DNA of 64,000 nt from an uncultured delta proteobacterium (GTDB lineage: Bacteria > Myxococcota_A > Polyangia > Polyangiales > CAVUEK01), in contig CAVUEK010000006.1 in assembly GCA_963740495.1 (NCBI GenBank), forward strand, positions 604,474 through 668,473. The letters are read 5' to 3'. Shown in pieces: positions 52,090 through 63,906 of this stretch. The translations under genes and the position numbers were made by a program. The notes under the pieces are model-generated. The model made no database searches and had not been told where the DNA came from. It was given only the letters and a program-made list of their open reading frames with translations. Each line of letters begins with the position of its first letter. The first letter of the stretch is position 1.

Positions 52090-52766
52090 GATGAACGCGC
52101 TCCGGTTGAGGTCGTCGGGCCGCAGCTGCGGCCGCTGCCGCTGCGGCGCCAGTCGCAGAAGCTCTGATCGAGCTGGGCGAACTCCTCGCCGAGCCAGAGC
52201 AGGCCGACCTGTTGCTGCGAGGTCCGGGTCGTTGAAGGTCTCGCTGCGAGGTGGGCCATCACGGCCTCGGCGCGCTGCGTGCTGAGCTCGCGGTTGGCTC
52301 GGCCGAGCCCTCGGGCGACGCGCGCGACACGACGAAGAAGTAGCTCGCGCCGCGCTGATCGGCGAAGACGCGATCGACGAGCTGTCGCGTCGGCCGCGTC
52401 GAGCTCGGCGGACGCTTGCTCGAACTGGATGATCGCGCCGCGGTCCTTCATCGGGAGGAACAGCGCGTTGAAGTCGGCGCCGCTCCATCGTGGCGACGTT
52501 GCTGCGCCTCGACCGGCTGGCAGCCGCGCCCGCCCTCGCCGCCGATGAGCCCGCAGCTCTGAGCACGCGGCGCAGGATGCGCTTGAGCTCCGGCGTGCAA
52601 TACGACTCGTTCGCTTCCTGGGCCACACCCGCCTGGGGGCGCTCGCTCGCGGTCGCTTCTTGCTCGTCGAGCCGCGCCGACGCGGCGCCGGTCCACGAGA
52701 CGACGGCGACCACCGGAAACGCGAGGACGACGATCGCCACGATGGCGGCGACGATGAGGTTGCGGG

Positions 52767-52770
<4 letters not shown>
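52090..52770 (-). pseudogene. Hypothetical N-terminally membrane-anchored protein, frame-disrupted; possibly the N-terminal part of the downstream thioredoxin protein
   Basis: TM anchor MTRNLIVAAIVAIVVLAFPVVAVV. Plausible segments in two frames. Boundaries uncertain. Confidence 0.25.
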
Positions 52771-54440
<1,670 letters not shown>

Positions 54441-54498
54441 CGGTTCCTCCTCCGCACACCGCGCGGTGCCCTGATGGACGGGCTACCCTACCAGGTCC

Positions 54499-55450
54499 TC
54501 AGGCTTCGCTGCCATCCCGACGTCGCTCGAGCCAATCGAGCACCCGCGCCTCGACGTTGATTCCCGTGAGACGGGACATCTGCTGTATTCCCGTAGGGCT
54601 CGTGACGTTCACCTCGGTCAGGTAGCGGCCGATGACGTCGATGCCGGCGAACCACAGACCGTCGGCTCGCAGGCGCGGCGCGATGTGGGCGCAGATCTCG
54701 CGATCGCGGTCGGAGAGCTCGCACGCCACCACTCTGCCGCCGACGTGGATGTTGCTCCTCACGTCGCCTCCGCTCGGGATCCGCAGGATGATCCCGATCG
54801 GCTCGCCGTCGACCAGGAGAATGCGCTTGTCGCCCTCGGCGACCTCCGGGAACGAGCTCCTGAAGCACCGCGACCCGCGTCCCGTTCCGCGTGACGGTCT
54901 CGACGATCGCGTTGAAGTTCCCGTCGTTCGCACGAAGCGCGAAGACGCTCTGCCCGCCGTGACCGTCGACCGGCTTCAGGATCGCCTGTCCGCCCATCTC
55001 GCCGACCAGCGAGCGGATCCGCTTCTTGTCCGAGGTGACCACCGTGCGCGGCATCAGCTCGGGGAACCAATGCGTGTAGAGCTTCTCGTTCGCCTCGCGC
55101 AGCCCGCGAGGGTCGTTCACGACGAGGGTCTTGCCGCGCAGATGCTCGAGGACGAGCGTCAACCAGAGGTATTCGTCGTCGAACGGCGGATCCTTGCGCA
55201 CGAAGACGACATCGACCTCGGAGAGGTCCACCTCGACCGCGTCGCCGAGCGCAATCGGGTCGCGCGCGTCGCGCTTCATCGTCGCTCGGCGGACGACCGC
55301 CTTCGGTCGGTCGACGTCGAGCAAGACATCGCGCAAGAGACAGTGATCGACGCGATGACCTCGCGCCTGTGCTTCGAGCATCAGCGCGAACGACGTGTCC
55401 TCGTCGACGGCCACGGTCGAGGGCGGGTCCATGACGAACACGATGTGCAT
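54499..55450 (-). pseudogene. gshB: Glutathione synthetase (ATP-grasp), 1-nt insertion at about 54848
   Basis: N-terminus MHIVFVMDP..SSFALMLEAQARGH. C-terminal ORF 54499..54933 [13 protein letters not shown]...[11 protein letters not shown] in a shifted frame. Confidence 0.75.
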
Positions 55451-55460
55451 GCGGTCAATC

Positions 55461-56067
55461 TCAGTGGGCCCAGGTGCTTCCGTCGGTCCGGTCGAGCCCG
55501 AGCTCGGCGCGCACGGCCTCCAAGAATCTCGTCCCGCGTGGACGCGTCGTCCACTGCGCGGGCGAGCAGGAGAGCGCCGGTCCACGATGCGAACGTCACC
55601 AGTACCCTGCGACGCGCCGCCGCCGGGTCTCCGCCGAAGCGCGCGACGTGCGCGTCGACGAGCCGGAGGAAGCGTTCGCGGAACGCGGCGCGGACGCCTC
55701 TGGGCGCGCGTGCAATCTCGCCGCCGAGAGACGGGATCGCGCACCCCGCTTGCGGGTGCTCGACGTGCGACACGCTCAGGTAGCGCTCGCTCGCCGCGCG
55801 CAGGACCTCTTCGCCCTCCATCCCATCGAGGCCACCGAGGAGGTTCTGCTCCGCTTCGTCGAACGCGCTCCGCAGGGCTTCGGCCATGAGCGACCACTTG
55901 TCGCGGAAGTGCGCGTAGAAACCGCCGTGCGTCAGCCCCGCGGCCGCCATCACGCGATCCACGCCGGCGCCCGCGAACCCCTTCGATCGCGCGATCTTCG
56001 CGGCCGCCGCGACGATGCGCGCTCGGCTCCGGGCTTTCCGTTCTGCGACGGTCACGAGTCCACACAT
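55461..56067 (-). pseudogene. TetR-family transcriptional regulator, 1-nt insertion at about 55525
   Basis: HTH AKIARSKGFAGAGVDRVMAAAGLTHGGFYAHF. Plausible C-terminus LEAVRAELGLDRTDGSTWAH-stop only in the +1 frame. Confidence 0.6.
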
Positions 56068-56117
56068 GGTAGCAAAACTCCCGCTGCGCCACCTCCCGGA
56101 GGCAGCAAGCGGGTAGG

Positions 56118-57254
56118 ATGGCGCCACGCGTGGGAACGACGAAGCTTCGGAAGGGCGTGCTCGTCGGCGAGCGGTTCCGCATCGAGGGAATGCTCGGCGA
56201 GGGCGGGATGGGCGCGGTCGCGTCCGCGGTCGACCTCGAGTCCGGACAGCGCGTCGCGCTCAAGCTGATGAGGACCTCCGCGTCCGACGACGCGAGCCTC
56301 GTCGAACGGTTTCGCCGGGAGGCGGCCGTGCTCCGCGCGATCAATCATCCGGCGGTCGTCGGGGTGAAGGACGCCGGCGCGCTCCCCGACGGAACGCTCT
56401 TCATCGCGCTCGAGCTGCTCGAGGGCGAGACGCTCAAGCGCTACCTGCGTCGTGAGGGCCGCATGCGGCACGAGCTCCTCTTGCCCGTGATCCGCGGGCT
56501 CTGCTCCGCGCTCGGCGCGGCGCACGACGCCGGGATCGTGCACCGCGACATCAAGCCGTCGAACATTTTCCTTCCGCTCACCGAGAACGTGCACGAGCTC
56601 AGCGGGCCGGGTGGCGAGTCTCTCGTCAAGCTCGTCGACTTCGGCGTGGCCAAAGTCGCGGGCGGGCGCCGGCTCACAATCACCGGCGGCACGGTCGGAA
56701 CCTATCGGTACATGGCGCCGGAGCAGCTCACCGGCGCGCCCGACCTCGACGCCCGCGCCGACATCTACGCTCTCGGCGTGGTCGCGTACGAAGCGCTGAC
56801 GGGGGAGCTTCCGTTCGCAGGCAAGACGCTCGACGAGATCGTCGGCAACATCCTCAAGGGGCGCCACCGACCCATCCGCGAGGTTGCACCCGACGTGCCG
56901 AAGGAGGTCGCCTCGGTGGTCGCCAAGGCGATGGCGCTCCTGCCCGAATCGCGGTTCGACACGACGAGCGAGCTCGCCGACGCGTTCGCGCGCGCCGCCA
57001 GCACGATCGCGCCCGCGGTGCGCCTCGTGGGACCGTCAATCCCGCCTCTGTCGTCCGACCGCCCGACCGCGCCCGAGATCAAGAAGATCGGCCTCGAGTC
57101 GACGCTTCCCGAGGTGGCGATCCAGCTCGACTCCAGGGCGTCGACGATCCCGGCTCCACCCGTCCGGTCGCGCGCGCTCGCGATCACCATCGCCGTCCTC
57201 GTCGTGCTGGCCGCCGCGGGCGGGCTTCTCTTGGTATCGTCCTCCACATGGTGA
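56118..57254 (+). CDS. Ser/Thr protein kinase with C-terminal TM anchor
   Basis: GEGGMGAV, VALKLM, HRDIKPSNIFL, DFGVAK, APEQ. Confidence 0.8.
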   Translation: MAPRVGTTKLRKGVLVGERFRIEGMLGEGGMGAVASAVDLESGQRVALKLMRTSASDDASLVERFRREAAVLRAINHPAVVGVKDAGALPDGTLFIALELLEGETLKRYLRREGRMRHELLLPVIRGLCSALGAAHDAGIVHRDIKPSNIFLPLTENVHELSGPGGESLVKLVDFGVAKVAGGRRLTITGGTVGTYRYMAPEQLTGAPDLDARADIYALGVVAYEALTGELPFAGKTLDEIVGNILKGRHRPIREVAPDVPKEVASVVAKAMALLPESRFDTTSELADAFARAASTIAPAVRLVGPSIPPLSSDRPTAPEIKKIGLESTLPEVAIQLDSRASTIPAPPVRSRALAITIAVLVVLAAAGGLLLVSSSTW

Positions 57255-58990
57255 GGTGCACCGAGAGAGCGATCGCATCGCTGGCGATGCTCGCCCTCGC
57301 GCTCGTCCTCGTCGCGGTCGCGCCCGGCCAACGCCCGGGCCGAGGCGCGTACGAGCACTTCGCGGTCGCTGCGGATCACGCGCTCGCGTCCGAGGCGGGC
57401 GCGGAGATCCTGCGCGCCGGCGGCAACGCGGCCGACGCGGCCGCCGCGACGATGCTCGCCCTCGGCGTGGTCAACCCGCAGTCGAGCGGGATGGGCGGTG
57501 GCGGCTTCGCGCTCTACTACGACGCGAGCGACGGATCGCTCACGTTCCTCGATTTCCGAGAGCGCGCACCGGCCGCCGCGACTCCGGACATGTTCGCGGA
57601 GAACGAGCCCACCGGTGGGCACGCGAGCCGGCCGTCGCAGCTCGGCGGGCTCGCGACCGGCGTGCCTGGCGAGCCCGCGGGGATCGCGGAGCTGGTCGCG
57701 CGGTTCGGGAGCAAGCCTCTCTCCGAGATCGCAGCGCCGGCCGTACAGCTCGCGGCCGACGGGTTTCCGGTCGGCGCCGCGCTCGCCGAGGCGAGCGGCG
57801 ACAACATCGATCACATGAGGCGCGACCGCGTTCTGCGCACGTGGGTCGAGCCGGGAGCCGACGGCTTGCGCGCAGGGCAGACGCTTCGGCAGCCCGAGCT
57901 CGCGCGGACGCTCCGCGCGTTCGGTCGAGGCGGGGCGACGGCCATCTATCGCGGCGCGATCGCGCGCGCGATCGTACGCGCGAACCGCGAGCATCACGGT
58001 GAGATGACGCTCGCCGATCTCGCCGACTACCGAGTGGCCGAGCGGCAGCCGCTCTCGGCAGAGCTGCTCGGCTACCGTTGGGTCACCGCCCCGCCGCCGA
58101 GCGCAGGCGGGTACACGATGCTGGCGAGCCTCGCGATCCTCGACCGCATCGTCCCGCGCGCGCGCCGAGCCGCGAGCGGAGCCGGGCTCATGCACGCGTT
58201 CGCCGAGTCGTGGAAAGGCCCGTTCTGGGACCGAGCGAGCTACTTCGGCGATCCGGACTACGTCGATGTGCCCATCGCGGCACTGCTCGATCCGGCGCGG
58301 ATCGAGCGCCGCGCGGCGATCTTCCGCCGCCAGGTCGCGACGGCGCCTGCGCTCTACGCGCTGCCCCTGCCCGACCGGCACGCGAGCACGCCGAGGCCGA
58401 TCGAGGAGCACGGCACGTCGCACCTCTGCGTCGTCGATGCGGAGGGGAACGTCGCGGCGGTGACCACGACGGTGAACCTGTCGTTCGGTGCGCGGTACAC
58501 CGCAGCGGGCATCGTGATGAACGACGAGATGGACGACTTCGCGAGCGCGGTCGGCGAGGCGAACGCGTTCGGTCTGCCGGGAGGCGAGGCGAACCTTCCG
58601 GGGCCGGGGAGAAGGCCCGTGTCCACCATGTCGCCGACGATCGTCCTCGACGACCACGGCGCGGTGCTCTGCATCGGCGCCGCGGGCGGCAGCCGCATCG
58701 TGACCGCGTCCGAGCAGGTCGCGTGGCACACGCTCGTCCGCGGGCTCGATCCGGAGGACGCGCTGCTCGAGCCGCGAGTCCATCACCAGGGCTCGCCCAA
58801 CGTCCTCCTCACCGAGACATCGAACCCGATGCCGGACGGCGTGCTCGAAGCGCTCACGGTACGCGGCCACGTCGTCGGTACACAGCCGCACTCGGCGGTC
58901 GTCCAAGCGATCCGCATCCGTCGCGGAGAGTCGCCTCGGCTGGTCGCGGTGAGCGACCCCCGAAAGGGAGGCGCGCCGGCCGGCGAATGA
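57248..58990 (+). CDS. ggt: Gamma-glutamyltranspeptidase
   Basis: GGNAADAAAATMLALGVVNPQSSGMGGGGF. Autocleavage-site Thr in HGTSHLCVVD. 580 aa. Start overlaps the kinase stop. Confidence 0.85.
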   Translation: MVRCTERAIASLAMLALALVLVAVAPGQRPGRGAYEHFAVAADHALASEAGAEILRAGGNAADAAAATMLALGVVNPQSSGMGGGGFALYYDASDGSLTFLDFRERAPAAATPDMFAENEPTGGHASRPSQLGGLATGVPGEPAGIAELVARFGSKPLSEIAAPAVQLAADGFPVGAALAEASGDNIDHMRRDRVLRTWVEPGADGLRAGQTLRQPELARTLRAFGRGGATAIYRGAIARAIVRANREHHGEMTLADLADYRVAERQPLSAELLGYRWVTAPPPSAGGYTMLASLAILDRIVPRARRAASGAGLMHAFAESWKGPFWDRASYFGDPDYVDVPIAALLDPARIERRAAIFRRQVATAPALYALPLPDRHASTPRPIEEHGTSHLCVVDAEGNVAAVTTTVNLSFGARYTAAGIVMNDEMDDFASAVGEANAFGLPGGEANLPGPGRRPVSTMSPTIVLDDHGAVLCIGAAGGSRIVTASEQVAWHTLVRGLDPEDALLEPRVHHQGSPNVLLTETSNPMPDGVLEALTVRGHVVGTQPHSAVVQAIRIRRGESPRLVAVSDPRKGGAPAGE

Positions 58991-59033
58991 GCCGCGCCGG
59001 CGGTGATAGGATGGCGCGGCAGGGGGACCCACC

Positions 59034-59819
59034 ATGCGGCTCATCGTGCTCGTGATCACCGTCGCGCTCGCAGCCACCGCGTGCGAGAGCCAAAGAGAGA
59101 AATGCGCCGCCGCGCGCACCGCCGCGACGAGCGCGCTGCAGCCGATCGCGGACCAGGCCGTGGACGCGCAGCGCGAGGCGTATCAGGCGCGCGAGGCGGC
59201 GATGCACGAGGCCGCGGTCGCCGCGATCGATCTCGGCAACGTCCGCAGCGACGCCGTCGTGTCGCAGTTCTCGTCGCACAGCGACGCACCGGTCGGAGTG
59301 GAAGTCGCGGTGGGTGCGCTGATCGCGGCGATGCTCGCGGTCGAAGAGCTCGCGACGACCGACGCGGCGACCGCCGATCGGGTAACCGCGGCGGTGAACG
59401 AAGAGCTGGCTGGACGATTCGCCGAGCTGATGACGCTCGATCCGACGGGCCATGACGCAGAGGAGCAGCTCACGCAGGCCGGCGATCAATCCTCGACCCG
59501 GCTGCAGCTCCTCGTTCGCGAGCTACCCGAACGAGTACGCGCGCGCGTGCTCGACACCTTCGCGACGATGCAGACCCAAGAGGGCGATCCGCCGGAGGGG
59601 ACGAGCCTCGAGCGCCTGCGCGATCGGTGGGCCGCGTTCCAGACCGCACGCTCCGCGGCGGCCGATGCGCAATCGCGCTCGCGCGCGCTCGCGGCAGCGC
59701 TCGATGGGGTGTCGGACGATGCCGCCGGCGCGCGCGCCGCGGCCGAGGCCCTGCCGACCGACCTCGGGGAGCCGCGGGCCGCCGCTCTGGCCGCCGTGGA
59801 GGCCTGCAGCGGGCTCTGA
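59034..59819 (+). CDS. Hypothetical Ala-rich lipoprotein
   Basis: Lipobox LAATAC. Helical Ala/Glu-rich. Confidence 0.45.
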   Translation: MRLIVLVITVALAATACESQREKCAAARTAATSALQPIADQAVDAQREAYQAREAAMHEAAVAAIDLGNVRSDAVVSQFSSHSDAPVGVEVAVGALIAAMLAVEELATTDAATADRVTAAVNEELAGRFAELMTLDPTGHDAEEQLTQAGDQSSTRLQLLVRELPERVRARVLDTFATMQTQEGDPPEGTSLERLRDRWAAFQTARSAAADAQSRSRALAAALDGVSDDAAGARAAAEALPTDLGEPRAAALAAVEACSGL

Positions 59820-59971
59820 GCGAGCTCGGCGGCGTGTGAGGGCGCCGAACCTCCAATAATTACAGGCGGTCCTCCGTTCGCGCCAGAAAGGGTGCGACGA
59901 GGTGGGTGCGGGTGCGTCCTCGGTGCGAGCTGCTCCGTGTCGGAGCGGCATCGCGAAAGAGGAGAACCCGA

Positions 59972-60691
59972 ATGTTCCGCGACCCGACTCTCGTTTGCAC
60001 CTGCTTCGCGCTCGCTCTCGCGAGCTTCGCTTGTTCCTCCCATCGCGGAGGTGACGAGGGGCGCCCGCTGCCTGGTAGCGACGGCGCCATACCGCCCGGA
60101 TCCGATGGAGGCAGGCTCCCCAGCCGCGACGCTGGGCCGACCGCACCGGGCGAGTACGGCACGTGCTGCATCGACGACGCGCTCTACTCGTGCCCGAGCG
60201 CGGACGCGTTCGACGCGTGCGCAGGCCACTTCGACGTGGACAGCTGCATCTCGGGTTGCTCACCGTCGGACTTCGGTTGCGTCGACGACTGCTTCTCGAT
60301 GCTCGACGCCGCGTTGATGAGCGCGGACCCGAGCGGATGCGCGCGACAGCCCACGCGCGACGGCGAGTGTGCGACCGCGACGTGCAGCGAGAGCAGCGCC
60401 GCACCGGCGTGCGAGCTCGACGGAGATTGCGTGAGCGACAACTGCTTCAACGGTCACTGTTACGCCAACACCGAGGGCAGCCCGTGTGACCTCGACGGCG
60501 ACTGCCAGAGCGACAACTGCTTCCAGAACTGCTGTCAGAGCCGGGATGTCGGCGCCGGCTGCGATCTCGACGGCGACTGCGACAGCGACAATTGCTACGC
60601 GAACCGCTGCGAGGGTCGGGGGTTCGGCAGCAACTGCGACCTCGACGGCGACTGCGACAGCGGAAACTGCACCGACAACGTGTGCCGGTGA
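59972..60691 (+). CDS. Cys-rich repeat lipoprotein (4x C-D/E-LDGDC-x-SDNC-x4-6-C modules)
   Basis: Lipobox ALASFACSS. Repeats CELDGDCVSDNCFNGHC, CDLDGDCQSDNCFQNCC, CDLDGDCDSDNCYANRC, CDLDGDCDSGNCTDNVC. Confidence 0.6.
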   Translation: MFRDPTLVCTCFALALASFACSSHRGGDEGRPLPGSDGAIPPGSDGGRLPSRDAGPTAPGEYGTCCIDDALYSCPSADAFDACAGHFDVDSCISGCSPSDFGCVDDCFSMLDAALMSADPSGCARQPTRDGECATATCSESSAAPACELDGDCVSDNCFNGHCYANTEGSPCDLDGDCQSDNCFQNCCQSRDVGAGCDLDGDCDSDNCYANRCEGRGFGSNCDLDGDCDSGNCTDNVCR

Positions 60692-60702
60692 AGGAGACGA
60701 CC

Positions 60703-62067
60703 ATGAAGACCAACATCCTCCTCGTCATCGCGCTCGCCGGCTCGCTCTCCGCGTGCGGCGGCAGACAAGTTCCCGTCGGCCCGCCGGCCGGCGGAATGAT
60801 CACGCAGACGGCGGACCCCGCTGCGATCCGCGACGCGCTCGCGCGCGCGCTGCAGGATCAGCGGTTCACCGTCGAGCACGAAGAACCGGGCGCCGTGTAC
60901 GCGCGGCTCGACAACCGCGGCGTCCAGCTCCGCCTCGCGATCCGCTACACCGACCGCGAGTACCAGATCCAGTACGTCGACAGCGTGGGGCTCGGCTACC
61001 GAATCGATCCGCGGACGAACCAGCCGATGATCTCGCGCCACTATCCGAGGTACGTGACGCGCCTCGACCGCACGATCCGCGACGAGCTCGCGAGACCGGC
61101 GCGCGAAGCGCAAGAAGCGGCCGAGGAGCGAGCGCGGGCGCAACGAGAAGCGATCGAACAGCAGCGTGAGCACGAGCTCGCTCTCGCGCGCGCCGAGTCG
61201 GAACGAGTCGTCGGTGTGGAGCGCGAGCGCCATCGCGCCGAGATCGAGCGCGAGCGGCTTCGCGCGCAGGCCGCGCAGTCCGAGGCGGACCGAGAACGCG
61301 CCCGGGCCGACGCGGAGTACGCGCGGAGGCTTCCTCCGCCCGTGATCGCAGGGCACGAGCCGGTCGTCGTCGACCGCTTCGCGTTCGAGCCTCGACGCCA
61401 CCGCCGCGGGTCGGTCGCGCTGTCGCAGGGCTTCATGCCCAATCCGTTCGTGGTCGAGGGACGCGCCTCGGGACGCATCTCGTCGGCGAGCCTCGGCATG
61501 CCCTCGGTCTGCGCAGGGTACTGGGAGTCGTCGCCCGAGCAGGTCCTCGAGCTCCCGGACGGCTTCGGCTACCTGCGCGTCGACGCGCTCGCCGACGACG
61601 ACGTCACGCTCGCGATCGTCACGCCGGACGGGCAGGTCTGGTGCGACGACGACGGCGCGGGCGGCACCGACTCGCGCCTCGAGGGTCAGTTCCCGGCCGG
61701 CACGTACGCGATCTACGTCGGCACGTACGAGGCGGGCCACCGCACCGCGTACACGCTCGAGATGAGCGAGTACCGTGCGGGCGGCGCGCCGCGTGCGACC
61801 TACACGGCGTCGAGCCGCCGCGGTACGCGAAGCGAGGCCCCGCCCCCGCCGCCCGACTGCCGGCAAGCCGTGCTCCGCGCCGGCCACCCCGCAGCGTCTC
61901 TCATTCACTGCGGGCCCGACGTCGAGCCGTACTGCGCGGCGGCCCTGATCGCCGCCGGCCACAACCCGGCAGCGCTCATCCACTGTCGGGGTGTCGACCC
62001 TCAGTGCGCAGTCACCCTGCTCCAGAGCGGCCGCAACCCCGCCGAGCTCATCCACTGCGGAAGATGA
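60703..62067 (+). CDS. Hypothetical lipoprotein with coiled-coil middle region and C-terminal triple HxAA-LIHCG repeat
   Basis: Lipobox LAGSLSACGG. ERARAQREAIEQQREHELALARAESER coiled coil. Repeats at the C-terminus. Confidence 0.5.
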   Translation: MKTNILLVIALAGSLSACGGRQVPVGPPAGGMITQTADPAAIRDALARALQDQRFTVEHEEPGAVYARLDNRGVQLRLAIRYTDREYQIQYVDSVGLGYRIDPRTNQPMISRHYPRYVTRLDRTIRDELARPAREAQEAAEERARAQREAIEQQREHELALARAESERVVGVERERHRAEIERERLRAQAAQSEADRERARADAEYARRLPPPVIAGHEPVVVDRFAFEPRRHRRGSVALSQGFMPNPFVVEGRASGRISSASLGMPSVCAGYWESSPEQVLELPDGFGYLRVDALADDDVTLAIVTPDGQVWCDDDGAGGTDSRLEGQFPAGTYAIYVGTYEAGHRTAYTLEMSEYRAGGAPRATYTASSRRGTRSEAPPPPPDCRQAVLRAGHPAASLIHCGPDVEPYCAAALIAAGHNPAALIHCRGVDPQCAVTLLQSGRNPAELIHCGR

Positions 62068-62084
62068 GCCCTGCCGAGGGGGGC

Positions 62085-62182
62085 GACGGGGGGCAAAGCC
62101 CCCCGAAACGCGCGAGCGGAGCGAGCCCGGGCCGAAGGCCCGAGGGGGGCGCACGAGGAGACGACGCCAACGGCGTCGTCTA
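62085..62182. repeat. 98-bp hairpin-rich intergenic repeat, copy 1
   Basis: Identical to 62221..62318. Contains stem-loops GGGGGGC-aaa-GCCCCCC and GACGACGCC-aa-GGCGTCGTC. Confidence 0.8.
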
Positions 62183-62220
62183 CGAGGCGAGCGCGGGCCG
62201 CGCGCCAGCGCGGCCCAAGC

Positions 62221-62318
62221 GACGGGGGGCAAAGCCCCCCGAAACGCGCGAGCGGAGCGAGCCCGGGCCGAAGGCCCGAGGGGGGCGCACGAGGAGACGA
62301 CGCCAACGGCGTCGTCTA
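62221..62318. repeat. 98-bp hairpin-rich intergenic repeat, copy 2
   Basis: Perfect 98/98 identity with copy 1, 38-bp spacer containing palindrome GGGCCGCGC-gcca-GCGCGGCCC. Confidence 0.8.
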
Positions 62319-62320
62319 GC

Positions 62321-63834
62321 TCAGAACATGGGCGCGATGGCGCCCACGCGATCGGTGGGGTTTGGCACCTCCCCAGGCGCGGCGGCGCCGACCCCGACCG
62401 CGTCGAGCGCCGCCGCGAAGACGGGATCGTTCGCGGCGGCCGCGCCTCGACGCTCAATCCCGGTGTCCCACGCGCCGGTCGCGACGGGAGCGAGCCGGCC
62501 ACTGGCATCGAGGCTACCGGCAATCGCGCCGAGCCCGTCCGCCGTCGAGTCGACCGTCACCCCCGTGAAGGTCGGTCCGACCGCCTCGCCGGCGAGGTCG
62601 AGCACGATGCCCGCCCTTTCGTTCGCCACCAGATCGCACCGCTCGAACAGACCGCTCGTCGAGCCCATCAGATGAATCCCGTCTCCAATCCGGATCGCAC
62701 CGATGCCGCCCACCGCGCGAAGCGACTCGCGCGTCCCTTCGATGCGCGCGTCGCTCACCGACACGTCGTTCGCATCCACGGCCACGATCGACGCGAACGC
62801 GTTGTCGGCGAAGTGCGTCGCGGCTCCCGACAGGGAGAGCTCGCCTTCGCCGACCCAGACCGCCGCGTCTCCGTTGCCCGTCGCGTCGAGATCCTCCAGC
62901 ACCGCGCTCGAATCCGAGCACGAGCACGCCGTACCTGTCGTTGTCGTGAACGCCGACGGCTCGGCCCGTGAGCGTCGCGCCGTCGGTCGCGATGACTCCA
63001 TAGACCGGCTCGCCCCGGACGCCTTGATGCGTATCCGCGACGTCGACGAACTCGAGGTCGACGCTGCCACCGATCTGCCGGATGGCGACGCCCAACGTGT
63101 CGCGCACGCTCCCCCGGCTCCACGTGCCGTCGACGTCGCGAAGCACGACGCCGAAGCTCGCGAACCCGTGGACCTCGAGGTCCGTCGCGTCAATCGTGGT
63201 GCGCTCGGCATAGAGGCCGTACGCCGCCGTCACGACTGCCCATTTACCCGCTGCGTCGCAGACGCGTCCATCCGCGCCGGTGTCGCCGGGCGTGCAGTCG
63301 CAGGCCGTTCCGTCCGGACACTCGCCGGGCGGCGGGGCCGCCGGCGCGACGCGGAGCCAGCTCGTGTCGTCCGCATTGCCGGCTGTGACCGGACCACCGA
63401 GAATCCACGCTCGAGAGCGACAACGCACCCACGTCTTGCACCGCGAGCGCCACCCCCCGCGTCGCCGTCACGCTCACGTCCTCGACGACGGCGCCGCCAC
63501 CGGCCAAGACCAGGACGCCAATCCGGCCGTCGGCGCGCACGTCGAGCTCTCGGACGCGCGTGGCGGGCTCGCCGGCGCGCAGAACGACGCCGACCGACCC
63601 TTCGGCGGCCAGGACGGTCGTGCCCGAGCGGCCGGCGAGCGTCACACCGCTCGGCACCACCAGCGGGCCCGCAATCTCGCAGGCGCCGAGGGCGACGGTT
63701 TCGCCGGGCGCGGCCGCGTCGAGGGCGCTCTGCGCCGCCTCCGCATCACAGAACGGCCCGTCCGACGCGCACCCGGCCGACGCGCTCAGCGCCGCCAACG
63801 CGGCCACGAACCGTACGCGCCCGGTCCTGGACAT
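62321..63834 (-). pseudogene. Secreted right-handed beta-helix lipoprotein, 2 frame disruptions (about 63410 and about 62910)
   Basis: Lipobox ALSASAGCAS in ORF 63244..63990. Middle in ORF 62514..63428. C-terminal in ORF 62321..63211. Repeat-rich beta-helix pattern. Confidence 0.5.
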
Positions 63835-63906
63835 GCGGAGACATAGCACGGGGCCCCGCGCGGACCAGAGGCGCGGGCGGCGCGCGCTGCTACGCTCGTC
63901 CCGGCC

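Noticed and set aside
60486-62675. ORFs 60486..61169 (+), 60595..62523 (-), 61641..62675 (+)
   Set aside because: Overlap the two lipoprotein genes and the repeat region in alternative frames. Arg/Ala-rich low-complexity products. No independent support.
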